Numbered from the stretch's first letter, positions 38,219 to 48,004 are shown. The stretch is 64,000 nucleotides of DNA from an uncultured Alphaproteobacteria bacterium (GCA_944393195.1 CALXZG010000001.1:143091-207090); one strand, 5' to 3'. Made by a program: numbers and translations. Notes: generated by a model not told the origin, from the letters alone.

Positions 38219-38776
38219 ATGTTTTTATTGGTGGGGCTCGGTAATCCCGGTTCGGAATACGCCGATACCCGCCATAACGTTGGATTTATGGCGGTGGACG
38301 AAATTGTCCGCCGCTATTCCTTAAATCATTTTAAAGATAAATTTAAAGGGCAAATCACAACGGGAACGATTGGTGATGAAAAAACGGCTCTTTTAAAACC
38401 TGCCACATATATGAACCTGTCGGGTGAATCGGTTTTGTCCGCCTGTTCGTTTTATAAAATTAAACCGGAAAATATTATTGTTTTCCATGATGATATGGAT
38501 CTTCCCGTCGGTAAAGTCAAAGTGAAAACCGGTGGTAGCCCCGGCGGTCATAACGGAATTAAAAGTATTGACACCCATATCGGGGTAAACTACATGCGTG
38601 TTCGCGTCGGTGTCGGCCGCCCCACGCATAAAGAGGATGTCGTGAATTGGGTTTTAGCTCCTTTTGCTTCCGATGATGCCCTTAAAATACAGGATACCTT
38701 GGCTAAAATAGCCGAAAATCTGCCACTTCTTCTGATCGGCCAAGATCAAACTTTTATGAACAAAATAATCCGTTAA
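38219..38776 (+). CDS. pth: Peptidyl-tRNA hydrolase
   Basis: LVGLGNPG...RHNVGF. Confidence 0.95.
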   Translation: MFLLVGLGNPGSEYADTRHNVGFMAVDEIVRRYSLNHFKDKFKGQITTGTIGDEKTALLKPATYMNLSGESVLSACSFYKIKPENIIVFHDDMDLPVGKVKVKTGGSPGGHNGIKSIDTHIGVNYMRVRVGVGRPTHKEDVVNWVLAPFASDDALKIQDTLAKIAENLPLLLIGQDQTFMNKIIR

Positions 38777-38791
38777 ATCGCGAAAAACTTG

Positions 38792-38819
38792 TTGACAACC
38801 GCGACCGTTCCTTTATAAT
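38792..38819 (+). promoter_or_regulatory. Sigma-70 type promoter for ychF
   Basis: TTGACA, 16-nt spacer, TATAAT. Confidence 0.55.
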
Positions 38820-38851
38820 GAAACAAAAAAAGAGAGTAAAAGGAACTGAAT

Positions 38852-39955
38852 ATGGGATTTAACTGTGGTATCGTCGGCCTGCCAAACGTCGGAAAGTCAA
38901 CTTTATTTAATGCCTTGACCGCTACCGTTAACGCACAGGCTGCCAACTATCCTTTTTGTACGATTGAACCGAATGTCGGCCGCGTTGCCGTTCCGGACAA
39001 TCGATTGTTTGAATTACAAAAAATTGATAAGGCAGAAAAAATTATTCCGACGCAATTGGAATTTGTCGATATTGCCGGCCTTGTCAAAGGGGCTTCGCGC
39101 GGGGAAGGTTTGGGTAATCAGTTTTTGGCCAATATTCGCGAAGTAGATGCCATTATTCATGTTTTGCGTTGCTTTGATGATACCGATGTCGTCCATGTGG
39201 AAGGGAGTGTCGACCCGATCCGTGATGCGGAAACCGTGGAAACAGAACTGATGCTGGCTGATTTGGAAAGTCTTGAAAAGCGAATTGTTGGTGTTCAAAA
39301 GAAAGCGCAAGCCGGTGACAAAGAATCTAAAATGTTGCTGGACGTAATGCGTCCCGCGTTGGAAATGTTGCAAAGTGGTAAGCCTGCCCGTTTGGCTCGT
39401 CCGACGGACGCAGAAGCGCAAAAACAATTCGATAACATGTATCTGTTGACCGGCAAACCCGTTTTATATGTTTGCAACGTGGATGAAGCTTCCGCGGCGA
39501 CCGGTAATGCCTATTCCGAACAGGTGCGTGAAATGGCTGAACGTCAGGGGAATTCAAGTGTTGTAATTTCCGCGGCGATTGAGGCCGAAGTGGCTCAATT
39601 GACCGATACCGCGGAACAACAGGAATTCTTGTCGGCGCTTGGTTTGGCCGAAACGGGGCTCAGTCGGATTATTAAAGCGGGCTATGCGTTGTTGGGGTTG
39701 GAAACATTTTTTACCAGTGGTCCCAAAGAAGCCCACGCATGGACAATGCGTCGGGGATGTACGGCGCCCCAGGCGGCGGGCATTATTCATACCGATTTCG
39801 AAAAAGGTTTTATCCGGGCGGAAGTTGTGTCGTATGCGGATTATATTGCCTATCACGGTGAAGCCGGTGCGCGTGAAAACGGCAAATTGCGACAGGAAGG
39901 TAAAGCCTACATCATGCAAGATGGCGACGTTGTGCACTTTTTGTTTAATGTATAA
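38852..39955 (+). CDS. ychF: Ribosome-binding ATPase YchF
   Basis: [18 protein letters not shown] and the C-terminal TGS domain. Confidence 0.95.
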   Translation: MGFNCGIVGLPNVGKSTLFNALTATVNAQAANYPFCTIEPNVGRVAVPDNRLFELQKIDKAEKIIPTQLEFVDIAGLVKGASRGEGLGNQFLANIREVDAIIHVLRCFDDTDVVHVEGSVDPIRDAETVETELMLADLESLEKRIVGVQKKAQAGDKESKMLLDVMRPALEMLQSGKPARLARPTDAEAQKQFDNMYLLTGKPVLYVCNVDEASAATGNAYSEQVREMAERQGNSSVVISAAIEAEVAQLTDTAEQQEFLSALGLAETGLSRIIKAGYALLGLETFFTSGPKEAHAWTMRRGCTAPQAAGIIHTDFEKGFIRAEVVSYADYIAYHGEAGARENGKLRQEGKAYIMQDGDVVHFLFNV

Positions 39956-39970
39956 AGGGGAGGGGGAGAC

Positions 39971-40408
39971 ATGCCGATTGTTTCATGGCGAGATCAAATG
40001 AGCTTAAATTATCCGCCGTTGGATGATGAACATCAGGATTTTTTAAATACGGTTAATCAAGCCGTCGTGGCCGCGAATGCGGGGGATTTGCAAACAATGG
40101 ACGAAGTATTTGAAAAAAGCTATGACTATGTTCGTTATCATTTTGCGCATGAAGAGGATGTAATGGAACGTATCCGCTTCCCGGATATGGAAGCACATAT
40201 GAACGCCCATCAAACATTTATTCAAAATATTTCCGAGTTTCGTCAGAAATACGAAAATGCACCGAATCTGACGCAAAAAAAGAAGATAGCCGTTGATACC
40301 GCTAACTTCTTAAATTTGTGGTTTTTGGGTCATATCCTTAGTCGGGATAAACTCTTAAAGCCGTATCTTGTCCGCTTGCGCAATTTACCGCCGCGGATGA
40401 ATTATTAA
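39971..40408 (+). CDS. Hemerythrin-like metal-binding protein
   Basis: H...HFxxEE...H...H...D pattern of bacteriohemerythrins, 145 aa. Confidence 0.75.
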   Translation: MPIVSWRDQMSLNYPPLDDEHQDFLNTVNQAVVAANAGDLQTMDEVFEKSYDYVRYHFAHEEDVMERIRFPDMEAHMNAHQTFIQNISEFRQKYENAPNLTQKKKIAVDTANFLNLWFLGHILSRDKLLKPYLVRLRNLPPRMNY

Positions 40409-40435
40409 CCAACTGAAAAAGAAAGGATACCCCTT

Positions 40436-41365
40436 ATGGAATTTGCCGTTATTCTGCTTGTTTTAGCATTCTTTGTTTTGTTGAAATCAATCATCGTTGT
40501 TCGTCAAGGATATGAATATACGATTGAAAATTTTGGTCGTTTTACCCGTGTGTTGGAACCGGGGCTGCATTTTGTCATGCCGATTGTTGAAACGGTCGGT
40601 GCTAAAATCAATAAAATGGAACAGGTGTTGGACGTTCCTTCTCAGGAAGTGATTACCAAAGATAACGCCATGGTTCGCGTCGACGGTGTTTTGTTCTTTC
40701 AAATTCAAGATGCCGTGAATGCCGCTTATCAGGTGCGCGACTTACATGCCGCTATTTTAAACCTGATTATGACAAATATTCGTACCGTTATCGGTAGTAT
40801 GGAAATCGATGAATTGCTGTCGCAACGGGACGTGCTGAACCATAAATTATTGTCTGTTGTGGATGAAGCGACGGTTCCTTGGGGTGTCAAAGTGACACGT
40901 GTGGAAATTAAAGATATTACGCCACCGCGTGATTTGATTGATGCCATGGCTCGCCAAATGAAAGCCGAACGTGAAAAACGGGCGAATATTTTGGATGCCG
41001 AAGGGTTCCGTCAATCTGAAATTTTAAAAGCCGAAGGGGAAAAGCAAGCCGCTATTTTGGATGCCGAAGGTAAGAAAATGGCCGCCTTTTTAGAGGCCGA
41101 AGCCCGTGAACGTTCCGCCGAAGCCGAAGCGAATGCCACACGCATGGTATCCGAAGCCATTGCCAAGGGGAATATGCAGGCTTTGAACTATTTCTTGGGA
41201 CAAAGATATATTGAAGCGTTACAAGGCATCGTGACATCTCCGAACCAAAAATTACTGATGTTGCCGATGGATACGGCAAATGTGGCCGGATCTTTGGCTG
41301 GTATTGCCGAAATTGCCAAAGATATCCTGCAAACGCCGACGACTGCCACCCATAAAAAGAAATAG
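40436..41365 (+). CDS. SPFH/Band 7 (stomatin-like) protein
   Basis: N-terminal TM followed by an SPFH domain and a coiled-coil A/E-rich tail. Confidence 0.85.
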   Translation: MEFAVILLVLAFFVLLKSIIVVRQGYEYTIENFGRFTRVLEPGLHFVMPIVETVGAKINKMEQVLDVPSQEVITKDNAMVRVDGVLFFQIQDAVNAAYQVRDLHAAILNLIMTNIRTVIGSMEIDELLSQRDVLNHKLLSVVDEATVPWGVKVTRVEIKDITPPRDLIDAMARQMKAEREKRANILDAEGFRQSEILKAEGEKQAAILDAEGKKMAAFLEAEARERSAEAEANATRMVSEAIAKGNMQALNYFLGQRYIEALQGIVTSPNQKLLMLPMDTANVAGSLAGIAEIAKDILQTPTTATHKKK

Positions 41366-41373
41366 GGGGTATC

Positions 41374-41841
41374 ATGCCATTATTTCTGAATTGGCTAACG
41401 GCCGGTGTTGCATTAACTCTTCTGGAATTGTTGATGCCCGGCACCTATCTGATATGGTTCGGTTTTTCGGCCTTGCTGATGGGGATTATCACCTATTTTA
41501 GCGGTTCGTTTGACTTGGTTTATCAACTGACTTTGTTTGGTGTGATGGCTGTCGTTTTTGCTTTGATCGGGTGGCGCATATACGGTCGCTTGATTTTTAA
41601 AGCCAATACGCCCGAAGCTTACCGCCATCTGAATAATACCATGGCGCAACATTTAAACAAAGTTGTCACGGTTGCCGATGTGAAGGACGATAAAATCCAA
41701 ATCACCATTGGGGATACCGTTTGGCCGGCTGTTGCGGAGGAGCCCTTAAAAAAAGGTGATAAAGTGCTTATTGTCGGCATGGAAAACAATATTGTTTACA
41801 AAATTAAAAAATTTGTTGACAAAAATAAAAAAAGGGTATAA
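41374..41841 (+). CDS. NfeD family membrane protein
   Basis: Membrane helices with a C-terminal OB-fold. The SPFH-NfeD pair is a conserved operon. Confidence 0.7.
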   Translation: MPLFLNWLTAGVALTLLELLMPGTYLIWFGFSALLMGIITYFSGSFDLVYQLTLFGVMAVVFALIGWRIYGRLIFKANTPEAYRHLNNTMAQHLNKVVTVADVKDDKIQITIGDTVWPAVAEEPLKKGDKVLIVGMENNIVYKIKKFVDKNKKRV

Positions 41842-41853
41842 ACTGGTACTCAG

Positions 41854-41928
41854 AGTGATAAGGGGATTTGATAATACTCCTCACAAACACATTTCAAACT
41901 TGTCTTCGGACACCCCTTATCATTCACT
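41854..41928 (+). promoter_or_regulatory. Structured 5' leader (long-range inverted repeat enclosing a UUCG hairpin)
   Basis: AGTGATAAGGGG (41854-41865) pairs with CCCCTTATCATTCACT (41913-41928). The enclosed region contains a GTC-TTCG-GAC tetraloop. No T-run follows, so this is not a terminator. Confidence 0.35.
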
Positions 41929-41949
41929 TAATAATAGGAGGACGTTGTT

Positions 41950-42144
41950 ATGATTGATATTGGTGCGGATATTCGTAATTTGGTTCTACCGGAATGCTTA
42001 AAAGAAAACCCGGAACGTGTTGAAACGGAAGAGGCTGTTAAAAAGCCTGTTGAAAAAACACCGAATAAACCCAAAGTGATTGCAACACGGCGTCGGCCGA
42101 AGTTTAAACAACCACCGCGTAACCGTCGCGGAGCACGTGTTTAA
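41950..42144 (+). CDS. Small basic hypothetical protein (64 aa)
   Basis: Strong AGGAGG RBS 6 nt upstream of the ATG. Followed by a clear terminator. Confidence 0.4.
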   Translation: MIDIGADIRNLVLPECLKENPERVETEEAVKKPVEKTPNKPKVIATRRRPKFKQPPRNRRGARV

Positions 42145-42174
42145 TACCCGTTTTACATTTATATACTGATGATG

Positions 42175-42207
42175 AAAGGGGACGATTTTCATTGTCCCTT
42201 TTTTATT
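42175..42207 (+). terminator. Rho-independent terminator
   Basis: AAAGGGGAC-gattttcatt-GTCCCTTTT followed by TTTTATTG. Confidence 0.6.
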
Positions 42208-42276
42208 GTTGATAAGCCCCTTATTCTTATACTTTTGATAATCTGTGGTATTGCATGGCTTATAAAGCAGTCCGTT

Positions 42277-42398
42277 ATCCTCTATAATTTTACGTCATCC
42301 TTGCGAAAGCGGAGATCTTTTAACCATCCTACTCCCTCATCCTCTATAATTTTACGTCATTCCCGCGTAGGCGGGAATCTTTGGACGCATACACTCTT
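42277..42398 (+). repeat. Tandem ~62-bp repeat (2 units); each unit carries a TATAAT box and a hairpin
   Basis: Both units start ATCCTCTATAATTTTACGTCAT. Unit B then has the perfect palindrome ATTCCCGC-GTAG-GCGGGAAT (42359-42378); unit A has a degenerate copy (ATCCTTGCGAAAGCGGAGAT). Confidence 0.7.
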
Positions 42399-42516
42399 CC
42401 AATTCCAACATCCGCTTGCCGGCGGCGACTTCCGCTGCCTTGGCACGCGGTGTTTCATTGCTTTGCGCATCAAAACTTGCCACCGGCAACTTTTGATTTA
42501 CGCAGTATCCTTGGGC

Positions 42517-42843
42517 TTGACCCGAGAATCTTCCAACGCACACAACGAACGGGGTCGGAGTATGGTTGAAATGTTGGGCGTTCTGGCCGTAGCCGGTGTG
42601 TTATCGATCGGTGGCGTGGCCGGGTATCGGTATGCGATGGACAAGATGAATGCGAATGACATTATTAACGAAGTAAAAAAAAGAGCCGTGACGGCAAGTC
42701 AACAACGGATTTTGGGACAGAATATCAGTTTAGCAGAGTACGGGGATAACGGACGGATTAAAGGAATTCATACTGTCACAGCGACAAACGATTATGCGGG
42801 TGACAAAGGGTTCTTTGCATTAACGGTATCGGCGGTACCGTAA
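42517..42843 (+). CDS. Small pilin-like protein (prepilin-type N-terminus); possibly the N-terminal fragment of a disrupted pilin-EGF fusion gene
   Basis: Leader ...TRESSNAHNERG|RSMVEMLGVLAVAGVLSIGGV parallels the islet protein (NGHESG|RAALEM...): Gly, Arg at +1, Glu at +5, Gly at +14. Start uncertain: TTG 42511, TTG 42517 or ATG 42562, none with a good RBS. Ends at TAA 42841-42843, which is in frame with the next ORF. The ORF-track 42169 start is rejected because the upstream part is repeat/non-coding DNA. Confidence 0.5.
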   Translation: MTRESSNAHNERGRSMVEMLGVLAVAGVLSIGGVAGYRYAMDKMNANDIINEVKKRAVTASQQRILGQNISLAEYGDNGRIKGIHTVTATNDYAGDKGFFALTVSAVP

Positions 42844-42867
42844 CGGGTATGCGATGCAATTCTGAAA

Positions 42868-43611
42868 ATGGATTGGAATATGCCGGTTGAAACAGCCGTT
42901 GGGGAATTTATCGTAGATGATGACACGGTATGCGCCGAAGGCGATAATGAAATGTTGTTTGCTTTCCATAATACCTTGGACAACTCACTCGTCCCGGGGG
43001 AAGGGGGAGAAGAAACCCTGAGTCCAGATGAAGCAAAGTGTTCCGGAAATGGAACGTGGGATGGAACAGCTTGTGCCTGTGCCGATGGTTGGATCGGGGA
43101 TGATTGTTCAACATCGTGTGTGCTTAAAGGACGTGATGGCAATTGTTATTCTTGTGATAGCACAGAAATCGTTAGGATTGATGATAGCGCGGATTGCCGT
43201 GTTTGTGATGGTGTGACCGAAACAAAGCGATATATATCCTTTCAAAATGGAAAAACATGTGTTTTAGGAAATGATTGTCCCGATGGGTCAACACCGGACG
43301 ACTCGACGGGATATTGTGAATGCCCCAACGGACAATTTTTTACCTTGGGTTTTAGCAACACATGCGTGACATGCGAAGACGCTTTTGATGATGATCATAT
43401 TTCAGTTTTAGAGGACAAGGTAGACGAAATTTGTAGTATGTGTGGATTGGACGTAACGGATTATTATGCGCCGAACAAACAAGCAATTGACGGATCACTG
43501 ATTTGTGTCAACCTCGATGAAGCAAAGTGTTCCGGTCATGGAACGTGGAACGGATGTGGATGTGATTGTGACACCGGTTGGTGTGGGAGTGGTTGCTCAA
43601 CGGGGTATTAG
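42868..43611 (+). CDS. Cys-rich EGF-like domain protein with no signal peptide; likely the C-terminal portion of the upstream pilin-like gene (pseudogene or readthrough)
   Basis: Same reading frame as 42517-42843, separated only by TAA plus 24 nt. Two EGF-like signatures: CSGNGTWDGTACACADGWIGDDC and CSGHGTWNGCGCDCDTGWCGSGC. 38 Cys in 247 aa. No secretion signal of its own. Confidence 0.5.
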   Translation: MDWNMPVETAVGEFIVDDDTVCAEGDNEMLFAFHNTLDNSLVPGEGGEETLSPDEAKCSGNGTWDGTACACADGWIGDDCSTSCVLKGRDGNCYSCDSTEIVRIDDSADCRVCDGVTETKRYISFQNGKTCVLGNDCPDGSTPDDSTGYCECPNGQFFTLGFSNTCVTCEDAFDDDHISVLEDKVDEICSMCGLDVTDYYAPNKQAIDGSLICVNLDEAKCSGHGTWNGCGCDCDTGWCGSGCSTGY

Positions 43612-43629
43612 TTGCATCATACCCAAAAT

Positions 43630-43666
43630 CAAAAACCGCGGAGGATTTCCGCGGTTCTTTTTTTAT
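43630..43666. terminator. Bidirectional rho-independent terminator
   Basis: AACCGCGGAGGATTTCCGCGGTT followed by TCTTTTTTT, between convergent genes. Confidence 0.7.
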
Positions 43667-43679
43667 AATTAAATCTTGT

Positions 43680-45725
43680 TTAACCGTCTTCCAAAAAGCT
43701 GCGCAGTTTTCGGGAACGGGTGGGGTGCTTTAATTTCCGCAAAGCCTTGGCCTCAATCTGCCGAATACGTTCACGTGTCACCGCAAATTGTAACCCGACT
43801 TCTTCCAACGTGTGGTCCGAATTCATCCCGATACCGAAGCGCATCCGCAACACCCGCTCTTCACGGGGGGATAACGTCGCTAAAACGGCGGTACACGATT
43901 GCCGCAGGTTTGTTTGAATGGCGGCTTCCAAAGGTTGTACCGTGTTCTTATCCTCAATAAAGTCCCCTAAATGGCTGTCTTCTTCGTCCCCCACCGGCGT
44001 TTCTAATGAAATCGGTTCTTTGGCGATTTTCATGACTTTTTTGATTTTATCAACCGACATATTAATCCGCGGAGCCAACTCTTCCGGTGTCGGTTCGTGT
44101 CCCGTTTCCAACATCATTTGGCGACTTGTCCGCAGCATTTTATTAATAGTTTCAATCATATGCACCGGAATACGAATTGTCCGAGCCTGATCCGCAATCG
44201 CCCGCGTAATGGATTGACGAATCCACCATGTTGCATATGTGGAAAATTTATATCCGCGCTGATATTCAAACTTGTCCACGGCCTTCATTAAGCCGATATT
44301 GCCTTCCTGAATTAAATCAAGGAATTGCAACCCGCGGTTGGTGTACTTTTTCGAAATGGAAATCACTAACCTCAGGTTAGCTTCAATCATTTCCTGTTTT
44401 GCCTTATTTGTTTCCTGCTTACCCTTTTTAACCGTTGTCACCAATTTACGGTATTCCGAAATAGGAATCTTGACCTCTTCAACAATGTGTTGAATTGCCG
44501 TCCGAATATCTTGAATTTCCGGTTTGTGTTTTGCAATAAAGTCTTTCCAATGCTTGTCCGTCCGCTTGGCCGCTTTACTGACCCACTTCTCATCCATTTC
44601 ACTGTTTTGATAGGAAGCCAGAAAATCATCCCGATCTATTTTACAGGCCGTCGCCAATCGCAATAACTTGCCTTCCAACATCATTAATCGTTGGTTGATA
44701 TCCGTTACCTGATCAATTAAAAAGTCAATTTTGGCCGGATTTAAATGGATATTTTTTAACCGCTCCGTCAATTCCTTTTTAAGTGTCAGATACTTTTTCT
44801 CCAAAGTCGCCGGCACTTCTTTTTTCTTAAAAATTAAGCCAAATTTATCCTGCTGAACAACTTCGAATTTTTGATATACCGCTTCAATATCTCCCAAAGC
44901 TTCTAAAATCTGAGGCAGTAAATTTTCTTCCATTTGTCCGATAGACAAAATATTTTCATCATCGTCATCGTCATCATTTTCATCCGGACCATTTCCCCGA
45001 GAGTCCGCGTCAAAAGCATCAATTTCGTCCAGATCCTCACTGCTTTTCCGCGTACTTGTCGCCTCTTTTTCGGCCTTGGCCTTTTTACCACCCGATTTTT
45101 CTTCTTTTTCCAACAAAGCTAAATCGGCATCCGCCTCTTTGCGTATCCTTTCCGCTTTGTCCATTTGCTCTTTGTTGGGGTTGGCTTCAAAAGTTGCTTC
45201 CAGGTCTATCAACTCGCGCAACAAAATTTCACCGTCCAATAACTGCTTGTGCCATTTGGATAACGATTGCATAGTCATCGCACTTTCGGCCAAACCGCTC
45301 ATCATCACATCAACGCCGGCCGAAATCCGTTTGGCAATGGCAATCTCTCCCTCGCGGGATAATAACTCAACCGCCCCCATTTCCCGTAAGTATAAACGAA
45401 CCGGATCATTGACACGCGCCCCGACATCGGTTTCCTGGGTATTTTCTTCCACCGTCGGTGCCGAATTTTGTAATTCGGTTAAATCCGTAATATCTTCGCT
45501 ACCGTCAATGACATTAATTCCCATATCACTGAAAGACGAAATGATGACTTCCAAAGCGTCTTCCGTTTGGGATTCCTGGGGCAACGTTTTTTTTAATTGA
45601 TCCAAGGCAATAAAGCCACGCTCTTTCCCTTGTTCAATCAATTTTTTCATCAGAGATTTTGAATCACTTATACCCGCTTCCAAGGAAACGGCAGACATTT
45701 CTTCATTTATCGCGCTAGGGGTCAT
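43680..45725 (-). CDS. rpoD: RNA polymerase sigma factor RpoD (sigma-70)
   Basis: Regions 1.1-4 are present, with an acidic ([11 protein letters not shown]) non-conserved insert. Start taken at ATG (MTPSAINEE...). The ORF-track TTG at 45752 is an alternative. Confidence 0.9.
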   Translation of the reverse strand: MTPSAINEEMSAVSLEAGISDSKSLMKKLIEQGKERGFIALDQLKKTLPQESQTEDALEVIISSFSDMGINVIDGSEDITDLTELQNSAPTVEENTQETDVGARVNDPVRLYLREMGAVELLSREGEIAIAKRISAGVDVMMSGLAESAMTMQSLSKWHKQLLDGEILLRELIDLEATFEANPNKEQMDKAERIRKEADADLALLEKEEKSGGKKAKAEKEATSTRKSSEDLDEIDAFDADSRGNGPDENDDDDDDENILSIGQMEENLLPQILEALGDIEAVYQKFEVVQQDKFGLIFKKKEVPATLEKKYLTLKKELTERLKNIHLNPAKIDFLIDQVTDINQRLMMLEGKLLRLATACKIDRDDFLASYQNSEMDEKWVSKAAKRTDKHWKDFIAKHKPEIQDIRTAIQHIVEEVKIPISEYRKLVTTVKKGKQETNKAKQEMIEANLRLVISISKKYTNRGLQFLDLIQEGNIGLMKAVDKFEYQRGYKFSTYATWWIRQSITRAIADQARTIRIPVHMIETINKMLRTSRQMMLETGHEPTPEELAPRINMSVDKIKKVMKIAKEPISLETPVGDEEDSHLGDFIEDKNTVQPLEAAIQTNLRQSCTAVLATLSPREERVLRMRFGIGMNSDHTLEEVGLQFAVTRERIRQIEAKALRKLKHPTRSRKLRSFLEDG

Positions 45726-45799
45726 ATCGATGCATCTCACTTGTTGGGTCAAAACAAATTACATTTATTATATGTATTTTTAGAGCAATGTCAACGATT

Positions 45800-47545
45800 T
45801 TATTCACTTTCGGACAGTTTTTCGATTTCTTTTTTTAACGCCTTGATTATTTCCCATAATTCTGCCGACGGCGCCGCCAAATAATTTTCTGTCTTTTGGG
45901 CGATTTCCGCTTGAATCGATTGAATGCGTGATTGTAAAATCATCCGCTTTAAAATAGCCGTTGCTTCCGGCAATTGTCGATCGGAACGACGCAACATTTC
46001 AATCTCGGCCGCCAAAATGCGCCGTTCTTCATCATTCAAAACCGATTCCCAATCCGTTTCAACCGCATCGGGATTTTCCAACAAGTACCCGACAACATGT
46101 TGAAAAATATCGTTTAAGATCTTGTCAGGCAATCGAAAACTGGCCATGTCTTCCAAAAATTCAGTCGCCGCTGTCGGATAACAAATCAAATAAGCCAATA
46201 ACATCCGTGCGTCCGCTAATCCCGGTGTCGGAGAATGAATCGGCACATTCATACGATTTGACCGGTTACCCGCTTTCTTGGAACGATGCGTTAAACGCCA
46301 TAATCGATCTCGAAAATCTTTGGTATAATAATTCCGAACGACTTGATTTTGAATGCTTTCCAATGTTTTTTGTATTAAATCCTCAAACTTGGCCAACCGT
46401 TCCGGTGTGTCAATCGGTTGGGCAGCCAATAAAGTTTCCCATAAAACCGTTGCAAAAGGTCGCGCCTCGGCCACAACCTGAGCGAAAGCCTCCGGTGATT
46501 TTTTGCGAATCATATCGTCCGGATCAAACGGATCGGGCAGGGCGACAAATCGTAAAGATTTTCCCGGCGCCAATATCGGCAGTGCTCTGTTTAGAGCGCG
46601 TATTGCGGCCTTTTGTCCCGCACCGTCGCCGTCAAAACAAATTAAGGGCTCATCACACGATTGCCACAATATTTTAATCTGATTTTCGGTCAAAGCCGTT
46701 CCCAAAGGGGCCACGGCATTTGTAAACCCGGCCGCATGTAATGCAATGACATCCATATACCCTTCCACCAAAATGGCTTCGTTTTTCTTACGAATGGTAT
46801 CGATCGCATTCGGCAAAGCATATAACTGTTCCCCTTTGTGAAACAAAACTGTTTCCGGTGAATTCAGGTACTTTGGCTCCCCTTTTTCCAACATTCGACC
46901 GCCAAAACCGATGACCCGTTTCCGCCGATCTAAAATCGGAAACATCACACGATCGTAAAAATAATCGTGCCATTGCCCGCTTTGACTGTTTCTGGCAACT
47001 AATCCCAAAGCGGCACACGCTTTCATGTCAAGCCCTTTCCGCTGTAAATGCGCCGTTAAGGCCGATCCGCTGGAGGCATACCCCAACCGAAACTGTTTGG
47101 CGATATCACCGGAAATACCCCGCCGGATCAGATAGTTGCGACCTCGTTCTCCGCCGGCACCGAATAACTGAGCCTGAAAAAAACGACAGGCTTCTTCCAT
47201 AATGGCCGTTAAATTGCTCTGCTGCTTTTCCCGTGCCGCCTGTGCCGGCGAAGCTTCCGGAACCTTTACACCCGCCAATCCGGCCAAATACTCGACCGCT
47301 TCCATAAACGGCATTTTTTCACCGTCCATTAAGTATTTAATGGCATCCCCATGCGCGCCACAGCCGAAACAATGATAAAATCCCTTGTCGTCATTAATGG
47401 TAAATGACGGTGTTTTTTCATGATGAAACGGACAAAGTCCCGTAAATTCACGCCCTCGACGGGTTAATTTAACCTTTTTGCCGATCAGCTCTGATAACGG
47501 AACTTTATCACGTAATTCATCTAAAAACCGCGGGGGTAACGCCAT
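45800..47545 (-). CDS. dnaG: DNA primase
   Basis: Zinc-binding CPFHHEKTPSF...CFGCG, TOPRIM domain, and C-terminal DnaB-interaction domain. Confidence 0.95.
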   Translation of the reverse strand: MALPPRFLDELRDKVPLSELIGKKVKLTRRGREFTGLCPFHHEKTPSFTINDDKGFYHCFGCGAHGDAIKYLMDGEKMPFMEAVEYLAGLAGVKVPEASPAQAAREKQQSNLTAIMEEACRFFQAQLFGAGGERGRNYLIRRGISGDIAKQFRLGYASSGSALTAHLQRKGLDMKACAALGLVARNSQSGQWHDYFYDRVMFPILDRRKRVIGFGGRMLEKGEPKYLNSPETVLFHKGEQLYALPNAIDTIRKKNEAILVEGYMDVIALHAAGFTNAVAPLGTALTENQIKILWQSCDEPLICFDGDGAGQKAAIRALNRALPILAPGKSLRFVALPDPFDPDDMIRKKSPEAFAQVVAEARPFATVLWETLLAAQPIDTPERLAKFEDLIQKTLESIQNQVVRNYYTKDFRDRLWRLTHRSKKAGNRSNRMNVPIHSPTPGLADARMLLAYLICYPTAATEFLEDMASFRLPDKILNDIFQHVVGYLLENPDAVETDWESVLNDEERRILAAEIEMLRRSDRQLPEATAILKRMILQSRIQSIQAEIAQKTENYLAAPSAELWEIIKALKKEIEKLSESE

Positions 47546-47548
47546 GAC

Positions 47549-48004
47549 CTATCCCAACAAAGATTTAATTAAACCGGAAGCCTTACCCATATCCATACTG
47601 CCGGCATAGCGCGTTTTTAAAGCACCCATCACTTTACCCATGTCTTTAACGGATGAAGCCCCTGTTTCGGTTATTATTTGGCGAATAGCCGCCGTCATTT
47701 CTTCTTCGGTCATTTGTTGCGGTAAGAATGATTGAATAACATCAATTTCCGCCTGTTCGGCCGCCGCCAAATCCGCCCGACCGCCTTTCGTGTACATATC
47801 AATGCTTTCTTTGCGCTGTTTGATCATAGATTGCAATAAGCTCATAATCGCGTTATCGTCAATCCCGTCCGTAATTCCTTTGGGACGCGCTTCAATATCT
47901 TTATCCTTAATCGCCGCATTGATTAAACGTAACGTTCCCGTTACTTTTTCATCCTTGGCTTTCATCGCTTCAATCAACTTACTTTTAATCTGTTCACGAA
48001 TCAT
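47549..48004 (-). CDS. GatB/YqeY domain protein
   Basis: 151 aa YqeY family. The rpoD-dnaG-yqeY arrangement is a common syntenic order. Confidence 0.8.
   Translation of the reverse strand: MIREQIKSKLIEAMKAKDEKVTGTLRLINAAIKDKDIEARPKGITDGIDDNAIMSLLQSMIKQRKESIDMYTKGGRADLAAAEQAEIDVIQSFLPQQMTEEEMTAAIRQIITETGASSVKDMGKVMGALKTRYAGSMDMGKASGLIKSLLG

Noticed and set aside
42169-42843. 224-aa ORF-track protein spanning the repeat region and the pilin-like segment
   Set aside because: The first ~115 codons run through a terminator hairpin, the tandem TATAAT/hairpin repeats and the GC-rich spacer. This is an open frame over non-coding DNA. Only the C-terminal pilin-like part (from about 42517 or 42562) is credible.
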